From NCBI GenBank assembly GCA_949358305.1, contig OX442314.1, positions 20,212,001 through 20,276,000 of the forward strand: 64,000 bases of DNA. Direction: 5' to 3'. Source of the stretch: Strigamia acuminata. Taxonomy: Eukaryota. How positions within the stretch are numbered: the stretch's first letter is position 1; every line of letters starts with the position of its first letter. Shown here in pieces: positions 54,201-64,000 of the stretch. The notes under the pieces were generated by a model. That model searched no databases. It was not told the origin of the DNA and saw only the letters and a list, made by a program, of their open reading frames with translations. The translations under genes were made by a program, and so were the position numbers.

Positions 54201-56696
54201 CCCCGGTGGGCGTGGGGGCGGTTTTGGCCCAAACGGGTGACGATGGGAAGGAATGGCCGGTTGTGTTTGCTTCACGCTCCTTGTCATCTGCAGAGCGTAA
54301 TTACGCGCAGATAGACAAGGAGGCGTTGGCCATCATGTTTGCCGTGAGACGATTCCACCAGTACATCTGTGGTCGTCGTTTCACGGTTTTCACTGACCAT
54401 CGTCCCCTCTTGGGCATCTTGGGCAGGGACCGCCCCATATCCAACATCATCTCCCCGCGCATGTTAAGATGGTCCCTTGCGCTTGCGTGTTATGACTACC
54501 AGCTTATTTTCAGGAAGGGAACTGATGTTTCCAACGCCGACGCTCTTAGTCGTGCCCCCGTGGACGAGCCCTCGTCTGAGAGAAGTGTAGTGCACACGTT
54601 CTTGACCGAGCTATCCGCTCAAAGTTTGATTGGTAGGGCTGAGCTTGTTGCGGCCACGAGGGCGGACCCCATTTTGGTGGAGGTGACACGTATGGTGAGC
54701 GGAGGTGTCTGGGAAGATGACCACGCGGCGGCCCAGTTTAAACCGTTCAAAGAGAGATTCTTTGAGTTTTCACTTGATAATGGCGTCCTGTTTTGGGGGG
54801 AGCGTTTTGTTGTGCCATCAAGTTTGGTTCCCCGTGCCTTAGCATTATTGCATGACGGGCATGTGGGTGTAGTTTCGATGAAGGGGCGAGCGCGAGCGGC
54901 GCTGTGGTGGCCGGCGGTGAACGCCGACATCGCGGCGCATTGTGCCGCATGTTTGGTTTGTAGGACGCTTGACCCCATGCCCCCTCGAGTCCAGCCTATT
55001 AGCTGGCCGCGCGCGATGCAGCCGTGGGAGCGCATCCATCTTGATTACGCGGGGCCGGTGCTTGGGAAAATGATCTTGATAGTTGTCGACGCCTATTCAG
55101 GCTGGATAGAGGCGCAGGCAGTGACCACAGCATCCACCAATGCCACGATTGCGGTTTTGCGACGTTTGTTCGCAGCTTTTGGCCTGCCATTGACGGTGGT
55201 GTCCGATAATGCGACCTGTTTTTCGTCACAGGTCTTTCGCGATTTTTTGGCGGGAAATGCCATCACCCAGTTGTGGTCACCACCGTACCATCCACAAAGC
55301 AACGGTCAGGCCGAATGCGCGGTCCGAGAGGTCAAGCAGCGGCTGGCCAAGGTTGTGGCCGGCGACCTGGACACGCGCGTCGCTCGTGTGCTTTTTGCCC
55401 AACACTCGTCCGTGGGGGGAAGGGATGGGCTTTCCCCTGCGCACCGTTTCTTGGCGCGACCTTTTCGCACTCACCTGCAGTCCGCGATTGTTGGCTTTGG
55501 CGATTCAGGTCCGGACCAAGCAGAGGACTCCATCGCTGGTCGCAGTTTCCAGGCGAACGAGGCGGTGTGGTATCGGGTGTTTCCAGCGGCGGTCAAGGCA
55601 TGGCGAGCGGCGCTCGTGCTCCGCAGAAAAGGAGCAGTCCTGTACGACGTCAGAGATGTCGAGAGCGGTAAAGTGCACGTGCGACACGTCAACCAATTGA
55701 AGAGGCGAGCCTTGAGTGCATCTTCGCCTCCTGTCGATCGTGTGCGACAAATACCTGTTGTAGAGCCAGGGAGTCGTGATGTTGTGTTGATGAGTTCGCC
55801 TCCCGCGGATTTGGATGACTCTCAGTGGTTGTTGTCAGCTCCGGGAGCGGTGCTGGGCGTTGTGTCTTCATCCTCAAGTGACTCTTGGTTTGACATTTTT
55901 GATACTTCTAATGAATTATTAATTCCAGAAGCGGACTTACCTGTGGTTGAGTTGGTTGAGCAGGTGGTTCTGCCCGATGAGCCAGTTCCTCCAGCTCTGG
56001 ACGTGGTTGTTGACCGCAGACGTTTGAGCGTCTGCCTTGAGCGTATTGACGACGTGGTTGCCGGTTTGGTTCCGGTGGCAAACATCGTGCCAGCCCATCC
56101 ACTTGCGGCGGACGGTGTTCGGGTTGTGAGCCCCCATGGGAGCAGTACCTCATCCGATGAGGATGTTCTCGTTGCCAGCCTTGGCGCCGGGCGCGTGCCG
56201 TCCTTGGTTGGGGAGCGATCAGATGAGGAGCAAGCGGTGGCATCGTCATCCACCGGTCGCCCGGTGCGTAACAAGCAGCAGCCTGCATGGATGCTCGACC
56301 CTAGTGTCGTGTTGACGTCAACAAAGAAGAGAACCAGGGGCCCGAAGAAACCCAAGCCGAAGCAAGAGCGAGTTGATGATCAAGACACGGAATGAAAAGA
56401 ATTCGTTTTATTTTGATGCTGTTTATTTAGATTCTTTGGAAAACTCAGTTAAAATTTGTGACTTGATTTAGTACAAATTTGGGGGAATAGTGTTATGTTC
56501 AGAATAATTGTTTTGGTACAAATGGATTGTATTTCACGTTGGAATTGTTGGAGTGGTTGTCGTTGGCAACCACTCATAAATAAATTACTTGTCATGTCAA
56601 GCTTGAATTGATTGCACGTCTGTTTTTATTCCGCCTATTCAAGTAGAATAGGCCTGTAGTTGTTAGTGTGGATTTCAGAGCATGGAAAACACTAAA
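51229..56696 (+). mobile_element. Full-length Ty3/Gypsy LTR retrotransposon (Mag-like)
   Basis: 206-bp LTRs (51229-51434, 56491-56696), identical by eye; 5-bp TSD CGCGG; PBS TGGCGCAGT at 51436; PPT GGGGGAATAG at 56481-56490. Confidence 0.97.
51803..56395 (+). CDS. Gag-Pol polyprotein in a single ORF
   Basis: Gag (GPFDG..DWDRYLERV), CX2CX3HX4C knuckle, protease VDSGA, RT YQDD, RNase H ADAS..ERNYAQIDKEALA..FTDH, integrase HHCC plus HLD/SDN/GQAE. Order PR-RT-RH-IN. The open frame starts at 51443; the likely ATG is MAAQRMVLG. Confidence 0.95.
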   Translation: MAAQRMVLGHPGPFDGKMAADWDRYLERVDEFCLLNDIPDAKVKSLLLSLIGPKAYQELQKAVHPEKLPAKNYQEIVDLMRLHLEPVAQPHVCRQRLGLRTRKPEETVEEYLTVLKGLAQPCGFATVGETDSGVLDAFLRGINNSGMRKYIMLSENLTLKSAVKLATSYEAAMATPSSVGGAEVTADVPSHLTDTEVHQVRQFRPARRRGGPNGGAPVQRFDAGFGGARPRVAPFDRGQRRGGGRGGARPPVNIACWHCGGPHFRHQCPDWIQGAGAGREDTRDESAAGPKPEFRQKTVPVNAVARFDYDDDGLPPDEWGIYTVEDASKRFPPFLFQLEVCTRAWLFQVDSGAERSVVTWSQFASLADSGACYPALRRSEVVLRAYTGVPIMVFGEVSLPVSHRGKILDLIFLVVEGSGPNLLGRDLIAQLQIEVAQGAIDQGGEVPVHVPVHASANTSMQEQLNELLAKHEDVFKIGLGAFNGPPIELQMREDISPRFFRPRPVPIPLRPQVEAEIDRLVTEGIFAPITFSEWATPLVVVRKKDGGVRLCGDYRSTINAAIQPDPYPLPAIADIFAQVGEAKYFSKLDYRHAYLQLRLTARSARIAAVNTIRGLMAVNRLPFGTISSSGIFQRCAEGVVAGIRRIFVYQDDILVATITIEEHLTILGLVLARLAENGLRLCRTKCVFCVESLEFLGFRLSGGGVAPLPERVRAITQIPPPLDVTQVKSFLGLINFYGQFVAGLSTIAAPLYMLLVKGQPWSWLDAQKSAFEKIKKALVSAPVLRFYDLGRPAVVVADASPVGVGAVLAQTGDDGKEWPVVFASRSLSSAERNYAQIDKEALAIMFAVRRFHQYICGRRFTVFTDHRPLLGILGRDRPISNIISPRMLRWSLALACYDYQLIFRKGTDVSNADALSRAPVDEPSSERSVVHTFLTELSAQSLIGRAELVAATRADPILVEVTRMVSGGVWEDDHAAAQFKPFKERFFEFSLDNGVLFWGERFVVPSSLVPRALALLHDGHVGVVSMKGRARAALWWPAVNADIAAHCAACLVCRTLDPMPPRVQPISWPRAMQPWERIHLDYAGPVLGKMILIVVDAYSGWIEAQAVTTASTNATIAVLRRLFAAFGLPLTVVSDNATCFSSQVFRDFLAGNAITQLWSPPYHPQSNGQAECAVREVKQRLAKVVAGDLDTRVARVLFAQHSSVGGRDGLSPAHRFLARPFRTHLQSAIVGFGDSGPDQAEDSIAGRSFQANEAVWYRVFPAAVKAWRAALVLRRKGAVLYDVRDVESGKVHVRHVNQLKRRALSASSPPVDRVRQIPVVEPGSRDVVLMSSPPADLDDSQWLLSAPGAVLGVVSSSSSDSWFDIFDTSNELLIPEADLPVVELVEQVVLPDEPVPPALDVVVDRRRLSVCLERIDDVVAGLVPVANIVPAHPLAADGVRVVSPHGSSTSSDEDVLVASLGAGRVPSLVGERSDEEQAVASSSTGRPVRNKQQPAWMLDPSVVLTSTKKRTRGPKKPKPKQERVDDQDTE

Positions 56697-58428
56697 CGCG
56701 GAAAATACAACAACGAGATTAGAAATTGTAGCAATCACAAAGGTAAATAAACGCATAACTTTAACACAGTTTAATTAAATATTAAAAATGCAATCTGTTT
56801 TGCATTTTTCCTTTAGTTTAATCGATTGCAACCTTGTATAACAGAAGATGAATACAGAAAATGCACAAATGACTGCTATGATCAAGTTATACACGACGGA
56901 TTTGATGAGTTGGAAGTAAAGGAACCAAACAAAACATTTTGTAGGTAAGTAACCACCAATTTATTTTCACGATTGCTGAATGGCTTTTAACACACTACGT
57001 TCTATATTGGCAGGTATCCATTTTTAAAATCCAACAACAAATTTAAAAACTGTCGCAGTGGAGAGGATGTTCTTGAGACTCCGTATGAATTATTCACTCA
57101 GGACATTTCTACTTGCAACTGTCCGAAGCGCTGTACCAAAACTATATACAGCATAATTGGAGTTCGAGAATATTTCCCTACTTTGACTGGCATCACGTTA
57201 ATTTTAAAGAATTGTGTTAACTACAATGATGTAGTCGATGAATATTACATGTATACCATTTCCAGTCTATTCAGTGATCTGGCCGGAAATATTGGTTTCT
57301 GCATTGGAATTTCCTTACTGGGCACGATGCAGTATCTAGTCAAATTTATTATTCGATTATTCAAACCATAAGAAAACACGAAATACACCTTTCTTTCATT
57401 CTTATTCAATCAAAACGCGAACTCTTAATACGTCATTTCTTTATTAAACACAAACAAAAGTGACCTAATTTATCTTACCCCCTACCCTACTAGTATAACA
57501 AGCACAAGTCTCATAAAATATACTCGGTATAACTTTCATATGAAATAGGAAGGGAGTTTGGTCGAATCAAAATTTCGTTTTAATTCCATCATGTTTGGTG
57601 CACGTTTGGTGCACGTATTTCTCACGTATTATTAAGTTATTTTCACCGGGCATTTTCACCGGTTTTGGCCGTTCTAGGTAAATTGTGTTTTTTTTATTTT
57701 TTTTTTAGTAAAATGCAATGTTTGCTGATTTATGATGTAAAGCATCATAAATCAGCTGTACCCGTCAAAATAACCGGTCTAGCCGTTCTAGTGTTAAACT
57801 AATCAGTAACCGATCAAGCATATACGCCACATTTTTATGTTTTGGTTCATTCAACTGTGCCATAATCCTCACCATTTCTTTGTGTCAAATTCAGACTATT
57901 TATTGATGGTCTTATTTCATGTTATTTATTTGCTTCGCAGCTGAAGCTTATTTAGCAAATTTACTAATTGCTGATTAGATTAAAGCAAAGATGTGTTGTT
58001 GCTATTTTTCCAACAGACGAAATTAAGATTTTGAAAATGCTGGTAGACTAACAGAACACACTTTCGGAATATAATAAATTTGACTTCCGTGAGGTTGTTA
58101 ACATTAATATTGCAGAGAACAAGATAAAAAAAAATGCTAAAATTGATTGTTTCGTGTAATTACGAAGTAGGTTTATTATTCGTAGGTCATAAACCTATTT
58201 CCACACAATTTAAAATTGCACTAATGCAAATACTGTTGACATAAAAACGCGCTTGATGAAGATTGAAGACCGAGTTGTTGTAAAACACTATAGCAATAAA
58301 TTTTTATTATGATGAGGTACCAAGTACAACTACAATTATTATTATCGTTTTAATTAATGCTATAAACTAAACTCACTAGATAGAGGCGTAGTGGGTACTG
58401 AACGGTTTATTCCCTGCTCAGACGTGAG

Positions 58429-60292
58429 ATGGAAAACATCCGAAAATTGCCCGTGTCCACCGTGCGAATACACCGCACCATTCCCATTCCAAAATCCCGT
58501 TCTCGTGCTCGTGTCACTAAACTCAAAACTCTACTCAACGCGTTTGCCACTTGCATAAGTATTGCTGTATGTTCGTGGCAAGTTGGAACGTGCGCGAAGA
58601 AATACTTCGATCGGCCCATCGGTACAACAGTTTCCGTAGAAACAGTCAATGGGTTTACATTCCCTGTATTGCACTTATGTCCGTACGATTCACTGGGGAA
58701 TATGTACCGAGCTTTCGAAAATATCTGTAATAATCATTCTAAGTGTAGAGATGATAGTCTTGAAAATCAAAGGTATTTGCCATATATGGAAGAATTGAAT
58801 ATAACCGTTCAAGATCTGTGGTCACACAATGCAATCCAAATGATTCGATCAAATTTTACGAGTGTGAGTTATGCGCAAGTATAAATGATTGTTTACTTAA
58901 TTTTCTTCCATTTTTCAGTGCCAAGGCTCGTTAAATAAAAGTACTTGCGAAAAGATTATGAACAATACCTACACCCAGAGGAACGCGACATTTCTGGATG
59001 TATCTTACGCCAAATGCTATGTTTTAAACGTTACTGGTACGATAAACTAAAAACATGCAATACCGTATGGTATATTGAAACGAAATCTGGCTGAATTTGC
59101 GAACCTTGTGCATCAAAAGGCATCTGGTAGTTGACAAAACAATATCAGCCAAATTAATATAAAATTCATATAGAAAGACATGTTTTGTTGTTTAAATATT
59201 GAGTGCATGCCCACTGCGGCTGAAAACAGACCAAATCGGCCGCCATTTTTGAAGTTAGATCGAGACAAGCAGTTTAAAAAGTAGTCTAAATGTGTTGTTT
59301 AAAATGACGTTTAGTCTAAATTACTTTTGGAATGTGCCTAGTATGATGAATTAATTAAATTGTGTGCACTTAACATTTTTTTTAAGATGTCTACTGGAAT
59401 AGTCGAATTATGCCACTGACTGCTTGGATTGTCACTATATCTAAAAAGCCAACTTCTTCTTTAGAAGAATTAATACTATCGGTAAATTACTGGCTAATTT
59501 TAAATAACTCACTAAATCAAAACTGTGTGCTAATTTTTCTTAAAATTTTTATATGACAGCCCACTGCTGTGGAAAGTGCAGATTCAAACGACACAAGGAT
59601 GTTGTTTCCTTTCGGGTTTTACAGGGAAAATACAACTACGAGATTAGAAATTGTAGCAATCACAAAGGTAAATAAACGCTTAACTTGAACTCAGTTTAAT
59701 TAAATATTAAAAATAAATCTGTTTTGCATTTTTCCTTTAGTTTAATCGAGTGCAACCTTGTATAACGGAAGATGAATACAGAAAATGCACTAATGACTGC
59801 TATGATCAAGTTATACACGACAGATTTGATGAGTTGGAAGTAAAGGAACCAAACCAAACATTTTGTAGGTAAGTAACCACCAATTTATTTTCACGATTGC
59901 TGAATGGCTTTTAACACACTACGTTCTATATTGGCAGGTATCCATTTTTAAAATCCAACAACAAATATAAAAACTGTCGCAGTGTAAAGGATGTTCTTGA
60001 GACTGCTTATGAATTATTCACTCAGGACCTTTCGACTTGCAACTGTCCGAAGCGTTGTACCAAAACTTTATACAGCATAATTGGAGTTCGAGAATACACC
60101 CTTTCGACTGGCATCACGTTAATTTTAAAGCATTGTGTTAACTACAATGATGTAGTCGATGAATATTACATGTATTCCATGTCCAGTCTATTCAGTGATC
60201 TGGCCGGAAATACTGGTTTCTGCATTGGAATTTCCTTACTGGGCACGATGCAGTATCTAATCAAATTTATTATTCGATCATTCAAACCCTAA
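58429..60292 (+). CDS. DEG/ENaC channel, copy 4
   Basis: Intact six-exon paralogue; TM2 SSLFSDLAGNTGFCIGISLL; ends IIRSFKP*. Confidence 0.87.
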
Positions 60293-60808
60293 GAAAACAC
60301 GAAACGCACCTTTCTTTCATTCTTGTTCAATCAAAACGCGAACTCTTAATTAATTAATACGTCATTTCTTTATTAAACCCAAACAAAAGTGACCTAATTT
60401 ATCTTACCCCCTATAACAAGCACAAGTCTCATAAAATATATAACTTTCATAGGAAATAGGAAGGAAGTTTGGGTGACAATAAAAACTTTTCATTACAACT
60501 TGGAATGCAATAAATACTTAAAATCTGGTGCCAAAAATAAAATCTCAACCGTCTGAGGTATTTATTCTTACATCAAAGTGTGCAAATTTCTCACCATCTA
60601 TTACACTACCACATGAAGAACAGTTCAAAGTTATTAGTTACATCACTATACCGATCTTTAGGGTTAGAGTATATAATAATCCTCCATTGCAAATCCTGCA
60701 CACACAAATCTTTTTATACACATCATTGGAAAACACTCGAGAACTCTCCTTCTTAACAGAATAAGGAAGAATAAAAATATCAAAAAACGTAAAAATAATA
60801 AAAGTCAA

Positions 60809-63800
60809 TCACTCATCGTCGTCGTCGCGGCCCAGAGCTCGACGTAATGCGCGCGCTTCTCGGCTTGAGATCTTGGAACCGTTCGGATTATCATCCGTTA
60901 ATTCCTAAAATAAAAATAAAAAATAAAAATTTAATAACTTGATCATATAACCACAATCGCATCAAATGCTAACATTGATACGCTGGCGTAAACGCATGGT
61001 TATTTGTTGTTCCGACTGAATATCGCCATCTTTGCTATTCGCAAGTCTCTTTGGTTTCACCTTTTTCGTGTCATCCTCTTGCGGAACGCTTAACTTCCAC
61101 TTTTGCCATTTTTTCCTCGCAGTTTTTATAGATTTCGGTTTTTTCCCGGTTTGACAGGGATTACAGACCCAATTTCCACTGTTAAGACAAACAAAACGTC
61201 ACAACATGTAACAAATTTCAGTTATTTCAGCATCCAAATCATCAAATACCGTGGTTTATTGTGCATGGGCGGCACGTGACAAAACGTGTGGTAACCCAAT
61301 TTGCACTTGCTGCATTGAGCCACATCTTCATCTCCACCGCACAAACAACATTCGGAATTCTGATTGCAATCGGAATCCGACTCGTTCTGCTCGTCGCCAT
61401 CTTCCTCCTCGTCGGCATCTTCATCCTCGTCGGCATCTTCGTCCTCCGACGCTTCGCTCCACTGCTCCTTCACCACCTGTTCTCTCCGAGTAGATCTCGT
61501 CACCCTCGCGGTGGTGCTTCGAAGTCGACGTTCAGCGGTTGGGGGCTCCCTTTCGCAAACTGTAATTTGATCTTCGTCAGTTTGTCGCGTTTGCTGCTTC
61601 TCCATTCTGTCTTTTTGCCGGACCGAAGTGGGCTACATCGTAGTAAACAAAAACAATTAACAACTCGCCATCACCGTCAAACAAACTTAAATACCTGACA
61701 CGCCGGACAAATCCAGTCGCCTTGAGGTACATGAGACAGAGAAGGACGCAGGCATAACAAATGAAAAGCCAAATTGCAGTTGTCACACAAAATCAACACC
61801 AAATCCTCATCTTTGCGGCGACATATTTTGCATTTCTAAAAAAAAAAAAAAAAAAAGAAAAAAACGATTAATTAATTAAAATAAATTAATTTCATACTGA
61901 TTTTTTAATTTTTTTTAAAATTTCTTACGGCATTTTCTGTCGATTTTTCCCACAAAATGCATGCATCGAGAACGCCGAGTAACACATGTAAACGCGACAT
62001 CGTGGTACACTGCTCAACATTTTCGATCCATTTTTGCAACTTGCCACTATCCTCCTCTTCGTCGTTCACGTATTTCACTTTCATAATTCCCTGTAAAAAG
62101 CGCGGTAGGACGTTGGCTTGCGTCTCCAGAAGACAGGGAATTAAATCCTGGATCCCTGTGGCCGTCTGAAGACGCTTTTCCCACTGACTCAAATTGGGAA
62201 CTCCACCTAACACCCCCTTCCGTAATCGAACTTCGGTCTCGGTCAACTCCTTCTTGAAAGCCTCCAACAGCTCTCTGTCGCCATCGGACGGTTTCAATAA
62301 CAATTGTTGAATTCTGGCAACGAAAATCAAAATAAATCGCAAAATTCTTCACAAAAAAAATAATAAAACACTAAAAAAAATCACTTTTTTAAATTGAACG
62401 TCCGGGAAATCTCGCTTTGCTTCTTCTTCAATTTATTCAATAAATGTGACTCTCTAATCCCATTCGGGGCTAATGATTTCATCAAAGCTTCTACGTCACT
62501 CATCTTTTTATAATGGAACCACAAATTCTGCCCCATCACAGGAAATCTACAAATAACCTCAAAAAATTAAACTTAATTCGGAAAAATTAATTTCTCTCGC
62601 TCACGTTAAATCCTTATCGGTGTTCCGGTTCTTCAAACTCGACAAAGGTTCGTCGTCGCTGTCAGACACATCGATCACCTCGAATTCTTCTATTTTCTGC
62701 GACTGCGTCGTGTAATCGCTGTGTTCGCTCGCCCAACCCTTTTCCAAATAAAGGCCGATAGTACCGTGCGTAAACAACCAATAACGAGTATGATTTCGAT
62801 CATATCCGAGTGACGTTTGCCGTAAAGTGGTACCAGCGGCCAAACTCGCCACTTTGTAACTCTCTTCCAATTCATCTTTACGCGATAATATGTATTTCTT
62901 TTCCCGCTCTTTTGACTGCTCTTCGAACAGCCTGAATCAAACGTTATCAAAATTAAAAAAAAAATTCATAAGAAAGCATAAAACTTGAGAAAATTATACT
63001 TGTCTTTCAATTTCCTCCTTTCTTCCAATCTCCTCCTTTCCTCCAACGCAGTCAGGCGACGGCTCGAAAGTAAACGGCTTCGCGGTTGCTCGGCCTCGGT
63101 CTCGGCGGGAGCTGGTGTAACGTTTACATCACTTTTATCTTTTTGTACGAGCGGACTATCCGTTTCAGTAGCAATTGGTGCTGGAGTATTTTTTTCAGAA
63201 ACGTTTTCCTCTTTTTCTTTTCCATCGTCGTTCGGTTTCGCCTTTTCATCTTTAGCCCACTGTCCTTTACTCAACGTAATTAATTTCTTTTGTTCCAATA
63301 AATCTTTCCTGGAATAATTTAAAAATAAATTAAACGACAAAAATAAATATAAATTTAAATTTATATCAACCATATTTGTGATGCATTTTTATGCTTCTGC
63401 TCCATGTAGTCCTGCACGGAGTAGGAGTTCATGATTCGGTGACAAATACCGATTATAATGCTTAATTTGTGTTGTGGAATCAACTGATAAAGTTCTGACG
63501 TTTCCAACTGAGATAAAATATTCTCCGGCTATTTTCCAAACCAAAATAAATAATTAACAAACTGAAATTTTCGGTACAAGCAAAAAAAAAATAATTATCA
63601 TCTTACAACATCTTCAATTTCCTCAGTCGGTTCAGCACCACCCACATTTATTTCAGTTTCGTCGTGTCTACGAAGACAAAGACGAACCAATTCCGAGGTA
63701 GTGTGAATATTGATGGGTAAATCGGACAGACGAACACCGAGTTCTTCGTAATCGTCCGCAATGCGATCTTGCAGTAATGTTTGTAATAAAATTAGCAGAA

Positions 63801-64000
63801 TCCTCGATAAATACCCAAAACCTTCGTTTCCCGAACCAACAGCTTTCATTAAGAGATCTAATTTTAAAAAAATTAAAATTAAAATTAACAAAAAAAAAAA
63901 AAAAAAAAAAAAAATTTCGTACCAGTTTGTACTGGATATGGCTCATTAGGCAACAGTAATCCGGAATAAGAATTAATAAATTCGACGATCATCACAATAT
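60809..64000 (-). CDS. BAZ1B: BAZ1B/WSTF-like ISWI-complex subunit, 3' portion; 5' part lies beyond the right edge
   Basis: DDT-region GFGYLSRILLILLQTLLQDRIADDYEELGVRLSDLP..HTTSELVRLCL; WHIM1 LETSELYQL...GICHRIMNSYSVQDYME; WSD LGYDRNHTRYWLF...GLYLEKGW; LDACILWEKSTENA + PHD1 (CKIC..LCDNC..FHLLC..WICPAC); PHD2 (CCLC..CSKC..YHTFC..WVCNPC); last exon ends GRDDDDE*. Confidence 0.9.

Larger units (their letters stand above)
50066..57371 (+). pseudogene. DEG/ENaC channel, copy 3, with exon 4 interrupted by a Gypsy LTR element
   Basis: Exon 4 ...GGGTTTTACGCGG|[element]|CGCGGAAAATACAAC...; remaining exons at 56818-57371 are colinear with copy 1. Confidence 0.88.

Noticed and set aside
52066..56355. 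Many antisense and alternate-frame ORFs within the Gypsy element
   Set aside because: Expected shadow ORFs of a GC-rich coding sequence; no env-like or other motifs seen.

Overview
AT-rich, intron-containing animal (probably arthropod) genomic DNA. From left to right it holds: the 5' end of a semaphorin-5 gene (minus strand), probably with a long non-coding leader full of MITEs; two tightly packed orphan secreted-protein genes (a Lys/Gly-rich cationic peptide and a 243-aa prohormone-like precursor with repeated motifs and dibasic sites); a small local duplication with reciprocal hAT-MITE insertions; a divergent ionotropic receptor (IR/iGluR); TMEM59; a cystinosin lacking the N-terminal luminal domain; a 5'-truncated LINE; and a four-copy tandem array of compact, divergent DEG/ENaC (pickpocket-like) channel genes. 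Copy 3 of the array is disrupted by a very young full-length Gypsy (Mag-like) LTR element. An unexplained decayed GC-rich ORF, itself split by a long-TIR element, sits between copies 2 and 3. The window ends in the 3' half of a BAZ1B/WSTF-like gene with two PHD fingers and no visible bromodomain. All gene models were spliced by eye using GT-AG sites, and family calls rest on recalled motifs, not database searches.
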